From SAR202 cluster bacterium (GTDB lineage: Bacteria > Chloroflexota > Dehalococcoidia > Lucifugimonadales > UBA2985), in the NCBI GenBank assembly GCA_009391535.1, contig VFHP01000023.1, forward strand, positions 11,578 through 75,577: 64,000 nucleotides of DNA, given 5' to 3'. Positions within the stretch are counted from its first letter, which is position 1; each line of letters starts with the position of its first letter. The notes under the pieces were generated by a model. That model was given only the letters and a program-made list of their open reading frames with translations. It did no database searches and was not told the DNA's origin. The translations under genes and the position numbers were made by a program. This document shows positions 9,354-19,023 of this stretch, one piece after another.

Positions 9354-10574
9354 ATGAGTAATAGCGTTCGATCCCAAATTATAGACACCATTAAAAGAAA
9401 AGGTAAGATAACCTTTGCTGAGTTTATGGGACTTGCCTTGTTTTCCAAAAAAGGCGGTTATTACTACTCTAATAAAAACTTCCATCAGCGTGATTACTTC
9501 ACATCTCCTTTGAGTCATCCTGTTTTCGGGGCACTGATATCAGTCCAGCTAAAAGAAGTTTGGGATATTATGGGTAAACCAAAAAAATTTCCTGTAATTG
9601 AGTTGGGAGCAGGTTCTGGGGTGCTGGGCAGGGATATTGTAAGGTTTATCAGTAAGAATGAGCCAAGATTTTTTGAGTCAATTAGATATTTCTCAGTTGA
9701 TTATCAACCATCACGCGACCCGTTTTTAGGAATAAATTTCTTTAAATCTGACTCTCATCCGTTTCAAAATGTTGCAGGGTGCATAATTTCGAATGAACTT
9801 TTGGATTCGTTTCCAGTACACAGATTTGTTCGTGACGAATCTGGTTTCAAAGAGATCTATGTTGATTTAGAAGGGGATGATTTTGTAGAAATAATTGATG
9901 AAATTTCTACAACGAATATAGAGAATATATTGTCTGGATACAATATAGAAGAAGGATTATATGGTGAAGTTAATTTATACATGCAGGATTGGGTTAAAAG
10001 TTTATCTAACATATTAAAACAAGGGTTGATCTTAACAGTGGATTATGGTGATACAGCTGAGTTGCTGTACACAATTGGTCGCAAATATGGAACACTTAAT
10101 TGTTACTATGATCATATGGTTACCGACAATCCGTATAAGAATATAGGTGATCAAGATATAACAGCACATGTTGATTTTAGTGCCTTGATTGCATTGGGTG
10201 AAAACAATGGTTTAAGTACTGCCGGATTTACGACCCAGAAGAAATTTCTTAGGAATTTGGGATTCCAGCAATTCGTAGGCGCTTTATCTAGATCCGATAT
10301 TGGTCAAGCTGCCATGGATGCTAATAGATATGGCATGATGGAGCTTGTTAAAACTGGACATATGGGAGATTTTAAAGTACTTGCTCAAACTAAAGGATTA
10401 GAGAATAGAGCTTTAAGTGGATTTATGGAGATTCATCAAGAAAGTGGCAGGATATCACAAAAAGTCGACCCAGTATTCTTGTCTTCGGAGCATATGAATT
10501 TAATTGCAGGTCGTTATCCTTATTTGACTGATCAGGTGGAGAACTTGTGGCCGTTCGACAAACCAATAGAGTGA
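9354..10574 (+). CDS. class I SAM-dependent methyltransferase, DUF185 / NDUFAF7 (MidA)-like
   Basis: ITFAEFMGLAL..YY, DYFTSP, VIELGAGSG, NELLDSFPVHRF motifs. Start re-called to ATG 9354. Confidence 0.7.
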   Translation: MSNSVRSQIIDTIKRKGKITFAEFMGLALFSKKGGYYYSNKNFHQRDYFTSPLSHPVFGALISVQLKEVWDIMGKPKKFPVIELGAGSGVLGRDIVRFISKNEPRFFESIRYFSVDYQPSRDPFLGINFFKSDSHPFQNVAGCIISNELLDSFPVHRFVRDESGFKEIYVDLEGDDFVEIIDEISTTNIENILSGYNIEEGLYGEVNLYMQDWVKSLSNILKQGLILTVDYGDTAELLYTIGRKYGTLNCYYDHMVTDNPYKNIGDQDITAHVDFSALIALGENNGLSTAGFTTQKKFLRNLGFQQFVGALSRSDIGQAAMDANRYGMMELVKTGHMGDFKVLAQTKGLENRALSGFMEIHQESGRISQKVDPVFLSSEHMNLIAGRYPYLTDQVENLWPFDKPIE

Positions 10575-10581
10575 CCAGACA

Positions 10582-11262
10582 TTATTCAGAGTGTTTTAAC
10601 TTTTTTCTTAGTGATTTCATGGCATTATCTATACCATCTGGATGATTATAAATTGCCGACCCAGCTACCAAAATACTGGCACCGGATTGGGCAGCTTTGG
10701 CGATAGTTTCGGCATTTATTCCACCGTCAACTTCGAGTTCTGTGTTCAGACTTTTTTCTTTTATGCTAGTTCTTACAGATGAAATCTTATCAGGGCTGGT
10801 ATCCAGGAATTTTTGCCCTGGCAGGCCTGGATGGACTGTCATAACTAACACTTGGTCTAACAGGTGTAGATAATCTTCGATATTTGAAAAATCAGTATCC
10901 GGATTTATGGCTAACGACATTTTTATTCCACTATTTTTTACACTTGCAATGGTATTGATCAAAGATGAGCATGCTTCGTAATGAATTGTTATTATGTCTG
11001 TACCTGCGTTAACAAAAGCATCTATCTGTTTATCCGGATTGTCGACCATCATATGTGCCTCTATAGGCAGGTGAGTCCATTTTTTAATGTCTTCTATAGT
11101 TTTGGGACCCCAGGTTAACCCATCTACAAAGTGTCCGTCCATTATATCTACATGTATCAGATCGGCTCCCGCATCCGTTACTTCTTTGACCTGTTCGCCC
11201 AGTCTGGCGAAATCAGCCGATAATATTGACGGTGCCAGCTTAATTTTCTGTAGACTAGCCAT
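10582..11262 (-). CDS. rpe: ribulose-phosphate 3-epimerase
   Basis: KLAPSILSADFARLGE, HVDIMDGHFV, MTVHPG, DGGIN motifs. Confidence 0.95.
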   Translation of the reverse strand: MASLQKIKLAPSILSADFARLGEQVKEVTDAGADLIHVDIMDGHFVDGLTWGPKTIEDIKKWTHLPIEAHMMVDNPDKQIDAFVNAGTDIITIHYEACSSLINTIASVKNSGIKMSLAINPDTDFSNIEDYLHLLDQVLVMTVHPGLPGQKFLDTSPDKISSVRTSIKEKSLNTELEVDGGINAETIAKAAQSGASILVAGSAIYNHPDGIDNAMKSLRKKLKHSE

Positions 11263-12607
11263 TATCTTCAGAGAGAATCTCCAACGCTTTATTCAGAGAT
11301 TCTTTAACTTGCTTTGGATTTGTTCCTCCGCTCACATCTCTGTCCATCATTGAGGATTCAGTTGTCATTTTTTTAATGTCTAAATCAAAATATTGTGAGA
11401 GATGCGAGTATTGCTTTAGGTCAAGTTCTGAAAGACCTATATTTTGGGCATGTGCTGTTCTTACCAATTCTGCCACTATTCCATGTGCTTTTCTAAATGT
11501 TTCCCCTCTGCTGACTAGGTAATCAGCCAAGTCAGTTGCAAGTATATCTGGGTCTTCGGATGCTTGTTTTGTTCTTTCAGTGTTTATGGAAATTGATTTA
11601 ATCATTTCTGAGAATACGATTAAAGTATTATTTAGTGTGTCTACTGTATCAAAAAATCCCTCTTTGTCTTCTTGCATATCTCTGTTATACGTGAGTGGGA
11701 GACCTTTCATAATGGTTAATAGTCCCATTAAGTTTCCGTATATTCTTCCTGTTTTACCTCTGGCAAGTTCTGCGAAATCAGGGTTTCTTTTTTGTGGCAT
11801 GATACTGCTGCCTGTCGTGAATTCATCACTTATCCTGATGAATCCGAACTCTTGAGTAGACCAGATTATTATTTCCTCGGAAAGCCTGGACAGATGCATC
11901 ATGCATATAGAAGCGGATGCAGAGTATTCCAGTAGAAAGTCTCTGTCAGAGACTGCGTCCATACTGTTATCACTTATTGCGCTGAACTCTAATTCTTTTG
12001 CCACGAATTGCCTGTCTATGGGATAAGGAACGCCAGCTAAAGCACCACTGCCCAAAGGCATAATGTCTGTCTGGGAAAAACAATTTTTCATTCTGGTAAT
12101 ATCTCTTTGCAACATATGAAAATAGGCTAAAAGGTGATGAGAAAGAAGTACGGGTTGGGCTCTTTGCATATGTGTGTACCCAGGTATTGTTATTCCAATA
12201 GACTCATTAGCCTTGTCGAGTAAAGTTTTTTGAAGGATTTTAATATGTTTTATAGTATCCAATATGGATTCTTTGGTATACATTCGAATGTCAGTGGCTA
12301 TTTGGTCATTTCTTGATCTACCGGTGTGAAGTCTTCCAGCGGTTTCTCCGATTTTTTCGAAAAGTCTAGCTTCAACATTCATGTGTATGTCTTCTAGTTC
12401 TTCTCTCCATGGGAATTTTCCCGATTCAATTTCCTGTTTTATTGAAACCAATCCATCGTATATTAATCTAAAATCTTCGTCAGTGATTATTTGCTGTTTG
12501 GCTAGCATCCTGGCGTGCGCTATGGAAGCAGATATATCTTGTCTATAAAGCCTATGGTCATATTCTATAGAGCTTGTATACTTTATGTTGGAGTGGTTCC
12601 ATTCCAT
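11255..12607 (-). CDS. argH: argininosuccinate lyase
   Basis: HTGRSRNDQ, GYTHMQRAQP, GSSIMPQKRNPD (fumarate-lyase signature). 8-nt overlap with rpe. Confidence 0.95.
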   Translation of the reverse strand: MEWNHSNIKYTSSIEYDHRLYRQDISASIAHARMLAKQQIITDEDFRLIYDGLVSIKQEIESGKFPWREELEDIHMNVEARLFEKIGETAGRLHTGRSRNDQIATDIRMYTKESILDTIKHIKILQKTLLDKANESIGITIPGYTHMQRAQPVLLSHHLLAYFHMLQRDITRMKNCFSQTDIMPLGSGALAGVPYPIDRQFVAKELEFSAISDNSMDAVSDRDFLLEYSASASICMMHLSRLSEEIIIWSTQEFGFIRISDEFTTGSSIMPQKRNPDFAELARGKTGRIYGNLMGLLTIMKGLPLTYNRDMQEDKEGFFDTVDTLNNTLIVFSEMIKSISINTERTKQASEDPDILATDLADYLVSRGETFRKAHGIVAELVRTAHAQNIGLSELDLKQYSHLSQYFDLDIKKMTTESSMMDRDVSGGTNPKQVKESLNKALEILSEDNG

Positions 12608-12659
12608 TTAGCGTTTCTCCATTTTAAATCAGTGGTCCTACTATCTGAATAATACTACC

Positions 12660-13898
12660 CTAAGTTTCCCTATTTATCTGTTCACTGCCAGATAATTTAG
12701 GCAGTTGAATTGGTTGGATATCTGCTTGGGTTCTTCCGGCAAGTCCATAGATATGGATAAACCCCTCTGATGCTAGATGGTTGAATTTATCGCCTGTGTC
12801 ATAAGTAGCCAAATCGTGCTGATACAGTGAGAACAAGGAGCTCCTACCCACTACGGAGCAAGTACCCTTGAATAGTTTGATTCGAACGTCTCCAGTCACA
12901 TATCGTTGAGTATTTTCTACGTAAGCTTCTAAGTCTTGATGTAAATTTGTGTACCATAAACCGTTATAAACGTGCTCCGCGTATTCCTGAGAAATTCTTT
13001 CCTTTAACTTTATTTGATCTTTACTTAATGTCATTCCCTCTATAGCTTTGTGGGCTACATGAAGTACCGTGGCTGCTGGAGCCTCGTAGATTTCCCGAGA
13101 TTTTATTCCCACTAATCTGTCTTCTAGATGATCAACTCTTCCAATACCATGAGACCCTGCAAGGTCATTTAGAGTTTGTATTAGATTTACTGCATCAATG
13201 CTATTGCCATCGATGGATTGAGGGATTCCATTTTCAAAATGTACTTCCACATAGGTAGGATCATCGGGAGCCAAAGCCACCGACTTTGTTAAGGCAAAAG
13301 CATCTTCAGGGGGTTCTTTCCATGGATCTTCAAGGTCTCCTGCCTCTATGCTTCTTCCCCACAGGTTTTCATCAATCGAATATGGGCTTTTCTTGGCGAA
13401 GTCCAATGTTATATTCTTTCCTCTTCCATATTCTAATTCTTGCTCTCTAGACATATTCCATTCTCTGGCAGGGGCTATGATCTTGAGTTCTGGGTCCATG
13501 CCAGCGATACTTAGATCGAATCTTACTTGATCATTTCCCTTCCCGGTACAACCGTGTGCCACTGCTTCGGCCCCTTCTTTGTGTGCAGCGTCTAATAGAT
13601 AACGGGCAATTAAGGGTCGACCCAAGGCAGTTGCCAGAGAATATTGTCCTTGATAAATAGCCCCGGCTTTCAAAGCAGGAAAGACGAATCCTTTAACGAA
13701 ATCTGCCTTACCATCCACCACAATAGATTTCGATGCACCTGATTCTATTGCCCGTTCTTTAACATCGGACCTTCCGTCTTGTCCTCCCAGGTCAGCAGTT
13801 AAAGTTATTACTTCTAGGCCGTAGTTTTCCTTGAGCCATGGTATAGCTACTGAAGTATCTAGTCCTCCGCTGTATGCTAGGATTACTTTACTAGGCAT
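12660..13898 (-). CDS. argG: argininosuccinate synthase
   Basis: VILAYSGGLDTSV, HGCTGKGNDQVRF, SIDENLWGRS motifs. Confidence 0.95.
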   Translation of the reverse strand: MPSKVILAYSGGLDTSVAIPWLKENYGLEVITLTADLGGQDGRSDVKERAIESGASKSIVVDGKADFVKGFVFPALKAGAIYQGQYSLATALGRPLIARYLLDAAHKEGAEAVAHGCTGKGNDQVRFDLSIAGMDPELKIIAPAREWNMSREQELEYGRGKNITLDFAKKSPYSIDENLWGRSIEAGDLEDPWKEPPEDAFALTKSVALAPDDPTYVEVHFENGIPQSIDGNSIDAVNLIQTLNDLAGSHGIGRVDHLEDRLVGIKSREIYEAPAATVLHVAHKAIEGMTLSKDQIKLKERISQEYAEHVYNGLWYTNLHQDLEAYVENTQRYVTGDVRIKLFKGTCSVVGRSSLFSLYQHDLATYDTGDKFNHLASEGFIHIYGLAGRTQADIQPIQLPKLSGSEQINRET

Positions 13899-13935
13899 TC
13901 TTTGGGACTCCTTATAATATGATTAACGTGTTTTA

Positions 13936-15123
13936 TTAAGATGTTATCTTGCCTATTGCAGCATCCAACTTACTTATAGCTATGTCAATTTCACTATAGC
14001 TAACTGTAAGTGGTGGCATTATGCGAATAGCATTCGGCCTTACTGGATTAAGTAGCAATCCCTCTTGATTACATTGACCAACTATATCGCCAGAAATATC
14101 CGCATTAAATTGAACAGCTATCAAGAGGCCCATTCCACGGATTTCTTCAATAGCCTTATGTTTCTCTTTCAAGGATTCCAAACCTGTTTTAAGGTGTTCC
14201 GACAGTGAGTTTACCTCATCTGCAATTTTATTTTTTACTATATAATTTACGACAGCAAATGCACCTGCACATGTTAGAGCATTTCCTCCGTAAGTTGATC
14301 CATGGTCTCCGGGAGCTAGAACACAGAATTTGTCTTTTGCCAAAAAGGCTCCTATGGGTACCCCGCCTCCTAAACCTTTTGCTAATGTGATTGCATCTGG
14401 TTCTATTCCAAATTTTTGGTAGCCGAAAAGAGATCCAAGCCTTCCAATACCAGTTTGTACTTCGTCCAATATCATAACCAAGTTATTTTCGTCACACCAT
14501 TGGCGAACAGCTTTCAAATAGCCTGCATCCGGTACGTTAACACCACCTTCTCCCTGAACTGGCTCTACCATGACCGCGCAGGTCTTAGCATTGGTAGCAG
14601 ATTTTATGGATTCTATATCGTTGTAAGGAACATTCACAAAGCCAGGAGCTAGGGGTTGCCACTGTTCTTGGTAATGAGGTTGGCCTGTAGCTGCAGCCAT
14701 TGTGAGGGTTCTCCCATGGAAGGAATTTAACGCGGTAATTACTTCGTATGCTCCGTCCCTGTGAAGTTTCCCATATTTTCTCGCGAGTTTGATTACTCCT
14801 TCGTTTGCTTCCGCTCCACTGTTACTCAAGAAAATTCTGTCCAAACAACTATTGTCGATTAATACCTGTGCTAGATTGATTTGAGGGACAGTGAAGAATT
14901 GGTTTGATGTTTGCATTAAAGTTTGCGCTTGTTCTTGAACAGCTTTTACCAATACGGGGTGACAATGCCCTAAATTATTCACTGCCCATCCAGCTGTAAA
15001 ATCCAGATACTCTTTACCATCTTCATCCCATACGATAGTGCCTTCACCTTTGACTATCACAACGGGTTGTCTTCTGGCAACTTGCATGTAGTATTTGTTT
15101 TCTCGGTTAATTAGTTCACTCAT
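13936..15123 (-). CDS. argD: acetylornithine aminotransferase (class III PLP aminotransferase)
   Basis: FLSNSGAEANE, ILDEVQTGIGRLG, LAKGLGGG (PLP Lys) motifs, within the arg gene block. Confidence 0.9.
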   Translation of the reverse strand: MSELINRENKYYMQVARRQPVVIVKGEGTIVWDEDGKEYLDFTAGWAVNNLGHCHPVLVKAVQEQAQTLMQTSNQFFTVPQINLAQVLIDNSCLDRIFLSNSGAEANEGVIKLARKYGKLHRDGAYEVITALNSFHGRTLTMAAATGQPHYQEQWQPLAPGFVNVPYNDIESIKSATNAKTCAVMVEPVQGEGGVNVPDAGYLKAVRQWCDENNLVMILDEVQTGIGRLGSLFGYQKFGIEPDAITLAKGLGGGVPIGAFLAKDKFCVLAPGDHGSTYGGNALTCAGAFAVVNYIVKNKIADEVNSLSEHLKTGLESLKEKHKAIEEIRGMGLLIAVQFNADISGDIVGQCNQEGLLLNPVRPNAIRIMPPLTVSYSEIDIAISKLDAAIGKITS

Positions 15124-15307
15124 ATGATGAAATCTCCTTACTTATCAATTGTTGTAAATTCTCCCAGACTTTCCAGAACCAAGAGATAGCATTTCTTAAT
15201 TTAGCTAATGTACATTTCTCTGTGTTGTATAGAATTCAACTTTTTGGAGGATTTTTTTCGCATAATGGGTCATGTATTTTTTAGTGGGTAAAAGTGATGA
15301 AAATAAA

Positions 15308-16102
15308 TTAAAGTATGCGGGTGCCGATATTTGCACCGGCAAAAAAGTCCAGAAGAGCTCTGCTTTTCCTCCCGTCTAGTATTTGAGCCGACCTAACATT
15401 TTCGAGAGCTGTTATACAAGCTTGTACTTTTGGCACCATGCCGCCGTTGATAGTGCCAGACCTTATGAGGCCGGATATTTTCTCTGACTCTATGGATTCT
15501 ATTATTTTGCTGTCGGAATCCATGATTCCTGCCACGTCTGTTAGGAATATGACAGAATCTACGGCCAATTCTTTTGCTATTGCACCCGTAGCAGTATCAC
15601 CATTTACGTTCAAGATTACACTATTTTGATCTTGTGATTCAACTTTGTGAACGGCTATTGGTGCTATTACTGGTATATAGCCGGCTCTAACTATTTGTTC
15701 TATTGGTTCAGGATTAACTGTAGTGACTCTACCTACGTAGCCGAGATCAGGATCTAGTATCTCTGCTTGTAATATCTCTCCGTCCACTCCACTTATTCCT
15801 ATTGCTTTGCCTCCGATGTTCTGTATATCGAATACTAGTTTTTTGTTTACAAGGCCAGCGAGAGTTGCAGTGACAATGTCTAAGCTAGCGGAATCCGTTA
15901 CTCGTAAACCATTTAGGAATTTTGGTTCAAGTCCTTGTTTTTCCATCCATCCAGATATTACTTGTCCTCCACCGTGGACTACTACGGGTTTATGTCCCTG
16001 TTTTTGTAGTGTCACAATGTCTTCAATGGTCGAATCTTGACTACCCAGGATGCTTCCACCTATTTTGATCAAGAACGTTTTTTTAGATGAATCTTTAAAC
16101 AA
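15308..16102 (-). CDS. argB: acetylglutamate kinase
   Basis: FLIKIGGS, VVVHGGG, LNVNGDTA motifs. TTG start. Confidence 0.9.
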   Translation of the reverse strand: MFKDSSKKTFLIKIGGSILGSQDSTIEDIVTLQKQGHKPVVVHGGGQVISGWMEKQGLEPKFLNGLRVTDSASLDIVTATLAGLVNKKLVFDIQNIGGKAIGISGVDGEILQAEILDPDLGYVGRVTTVNPEPIEQIVRAGYIPVIAPIAVHKVESQDQNSVILNVNGDTATGAIAKELAVDSVIFLTDVAGIMDSDSKIIESIESEKISGLIRSGTINGGMVPKVQACITALENVRSAQILDGRKSRALLDFFAGANIGTRIL

Positions 16103-16152
16103 GTTAATTTCCAGATATATTATGCAAATAGTTGGTCATTTATTTGACGGTT

Positions 16153-17370
16153 TTAGGTGGTGTACTCACTATTGAAAGATACATATTCTTCACTGATATC
16201 GCAGCCCCAAGAAGTGGCAGACGATTCTCCTAAATTTAGGTCTACTTTGATGGCGACCTCTTCCTCCGCCATAGTTAGGGAAACTGCGTCTTTGAAAAAT
16301 GGTATAGGTACTCCAGATTCCATAAGACACACATTGTTAATGTAAAGTGAAACCAAGCTTTCTTCTACTTTAGCACCACTATACCCAAGGGCTACCATTA
16401 TCCTGCCCCAGTTGGGGTCTTCTCCATGTATCGCTGACTTAACCAGAGTGGACGCTGCAATAGATTTAGCTGCCAACTTGGCGTCATTACTGTTGGAGGC
16501 TCCTTGAACAGTAACTTCTATAAGTTTTGACGCTCCTTCCCCGTCTTTGGCAATTTCTTTAGCTAGTGCTATACATATCTCGTTTAATGCTTCAGTGAAA
16601 ACGTCGCTGTCTCTACTGTTATCAGTGATTTCTTCTCCTCCTCCTGCACCGTTCGAGAATATTATGACACTGTCATTGGTGCTGGTGTCGCCGTCGACAT
16701 CTATCATATTGAAAGACTCAGCTACGGATTTTGACAATGCTTTTTGGAGAAAACTTGCATTAACTGGAGCATCAGTCGATAGAAATGCAAGCATAGTAGC
16801 CATGTCCGGGTGTATCATACCGGAACCTTTTGCTATGCCTCCCAGTATGTAACTATTTCCCCCAACTTGGAATTCAATAGCAAATTCTTTAGATACTCTG
16901 TCAGTGGTTTTTATTGCTCTAGCTAAGGCTTGCCCACCATCAGGGGAGACCGTTATCTTAGTTACTCCATTTTTTATTAGTGCCATAGGTAACTCTACGC
17001 CTATTAGCCCAGTGCTAGATGCTAGGACTAGTTCCTGATCTATACCCAAGTGTGTGGCTGCTAATGATGCCATTTCTATAGCATCGGTCATACCCTGTTC
17101 TCCGACACAAGCATTTGCTATGCCACTGTTAACGATAAGCGCTTGACTACGGCCGGTTGATACTCTTTTTTGATCCAATACTACTGATAACGATCGGATC
17201 TGATTTTTTGTGAATGTACCAGCAACTGTGCAAGGAGTTTCGGAATACAAGATTCCCAAATCTAATTTATCTTTCGCATACGTTCTTATTCCGGAGTACG
17301 TTGCTCCTGCGAGGAATTTTTTTGGAGATGTTATAGTCCCATTTTCCAGCCAATTCAATTTTTTATTCAA
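16153..17370 (-). CDS. argJ: bifunctional ornithine acetyltransferase / N-acetylglutamate synthase
   Basis: GMIHPDMATMLAFLSTDA (autoprocessing T) and VDGDTSTND motifs. TTG start. Confidence 0.9.
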   Translation of the reverse strand: MNKKLNWLENGTITSPKKFLAGATYSGIRTYAKDKLDLGILYSETPCTVAGTFTKNQIRSLSVVLDQKRVSTGRSQALIVNSGIANACVGEQGMTDAIEMASLAATHLGIDQELVLASSTGLIGVELPMALIKNGVTKITVSPDGGQALARAIKTTDRVSKEFAIEFQVGGNSYILGGIAKGSGMIHPDMATMLAFLSTDAPVNASFLQKALSKSVAESFNMIDVDGDTSTNDSVIIFSNGAGGGEEITDNSRDSDVFTEALNEICIALAKEIAKDGEGASKLIEVTVQGASNSNDAKLAAKSIAASTLVKSAIHGEDPNWGRIMVALGYSGAKVEESLVSLYINNVCLMESGVPIPFFKDAVSLTMAEEEVAIKVDLNLGESSATSWGCDISEEYVSFNSEYTT

Positions 17371-17475
17371 GATTAACCTCTAAACTCAATCCAATTGATG
17401 TAGTTTGACGAGCCATAGGAGTATAACATTATAATGTTGGACACAAAAGGGGAGTCGGTGTGGGTTGGTATTTGA

Positions 17476-18825
17476 CTAAGGTCGGGTATTTTGTAGTAGC
17501 TTGAGTTCATTGCTAACACTGACTGGATATTTAGATGCTTTTTCTAATAATTTATACTTAGCATCAAGAGTAGAAAATTCGTGTATGAAATATCCTCGAA
17601 TTGTTTCGAGATCTGGTAATGCTGCTACAATATTTCCTTCGTCAACTCTTTCTTCAAGTAAAGGGGTGGAATTTCGTGGAGCTAATTCATTGTGAGAGCC
17701 GATTATGTCTTGACTCATGTTGCCGTTTTCATCCAACACTCTAAAGACTTGTTTTTTACCTGAGAGGTATTCTTTGCCCTCGCTAGATTTTTTGATATCT
17801 CTATTGTTGTAGTTGACTAACTTATACACCATGTCTAGTGAGGGCATATCTTCAGATATTCCTAGGCGAGTTCCTATCCCAAAAACATCTATGGGACACT
17901 CTTTATCTACCAAGTCAGATATTTGATATTCGTCCAGGCCTCCGCTAGCAATTATTTGAACATATTGTAGGTCTGCATCATCCAGGATATATCTAACAAT
18001 ACTGCTTAGAGATGCAAGATCACCACTGTCAATTCTTACTGCTTTCAATTTTTGTCCTCTGGATTCCATTTCTTTGCCGACAATTGTGGCTATTTTGGCA
18101 CCGGTTGCAACATGATAAGTGTCGATCAAGAGAACAGTATTAGTAGGGTTATCTTGGGCATACGTACGAAAAGCATCGATTTCGTTTTGGAAGCTACTTA
18201 CGTAAGAATGAGCCATTGTGCCACTAAGTGGAATACCATAAGTCTTTCCTGCCAAAACATTGCTGGTAGTATCGAAACCCACTAAAAAACTACTTCTAGC
18301 GGATTTCATTCCTGCGTCAATGCCGTGGCTTCTTCTGAGTGAGAAATCCGATAAACTTTTTTTGTTTGCTGCAGAAATACACCTTGCTGCTTTTGTAGCT
18401 ATAAGAGTTTGATGATGAATCAAATTCAAAATGAGGGTTTCAAGTATTTGAGCTTCAATTATAGGGGCCTCTACTTCCATGATGGGTTCATCATAGAAAA
18501 AAATAGCACCCTCCCTCATAGATCTTATAGTACCAGTGAATCGGAAATTTTCGAGATAAGCTAAGAATTTGTTATTGAACAGGTTTGTAGATTTTAAATA
18601 TTCTATGGTTTCTTGATGGAAACTATATGCCAGTATATAGTCAATGATCTCTGCCAGCCCGGCAAAAACCAAATAGGATCTAGTTACTTTGGACGAGCGG
18701 ACAAACAAACTGAATGTTGCATTGGCAGACATTCCATTTTCCAGATAACTCTGAGCCATAGTGAGTTCATATAAGTCTACAAACAGCGAGCTATCTTTTC
18801 CTAAAAGTGCCCCAGGATTATTCAT
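17476..18825 (-). CDS. pncB: nicotinate phosphoribosyltransferase
   Basis: LFVDLYELTMAQSY, GTMAHS, RIDSGD, GIGT motifs. 449 aa. Confidence 0.85.
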   Translation of the reverse strand: MNNPGALLGKDSSLFVDLYELTMAQSYLENGMSANATFSLFVRSSKVTRSYLVFAGLAEIIDYILAYSFHQETIEYLKSTNLFNNKFLAYLENFRFTGTIRSMREGAIFFYDEPIMEVEAPIIEAQILETLILNLIHHQTLIATKAARCISAANKKSLSDFSLRRSHGIDAGMKSARSSFLVGFDTTSNVLAGKTYGIPLSGTMAHSYVSSFQNEIDAFRTYAQDNPTNTVLLIDTYHVATGAKIATIVGKEMESRGQKLKAVRIDSGDLASLSSIVRYILDDADLQYVQIIASGGLDEYQISDLVDKECPIDVFGIGTRLGISEDMPSLDMVYKLVNYNNRDIKKSSEGKEYLSGKKQVFRVLDENGNMSQDIIGSHNELAPRNSTPLLEERVDEGNIVAALPDLETIRGYFIHEFSTLDAKYKLLEKASKYPVSVSNELKLLQNTRP

Positions 18826-19023
18826 TGGATTGCTCCGTTAAAACCGATTAATTACTTAAGTGTGAATAAATTCAGGTTTACATTTTAGTCGATATGTATA
18901 GTAAAATATAGACAAGTTGATGCTGTCTTTCATAATTAGGGAATTGACGCGTGCTTACAAGTATTTTTATGTATATATAAGTCATACTAAGTATAGTGCT
19001 TCAAAGAAAGAGATAAATAACCA

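Noticed and set aside
15226-15239. The ARG-box-like sequence TGTATAGAATTCAA in the argB-argD gap.
   Set aside because: The half-site spacing is off by one relative to TGAAT-n4-ATTCA, and only one copy is present, whereas ARG boxes usually occur in pairs.
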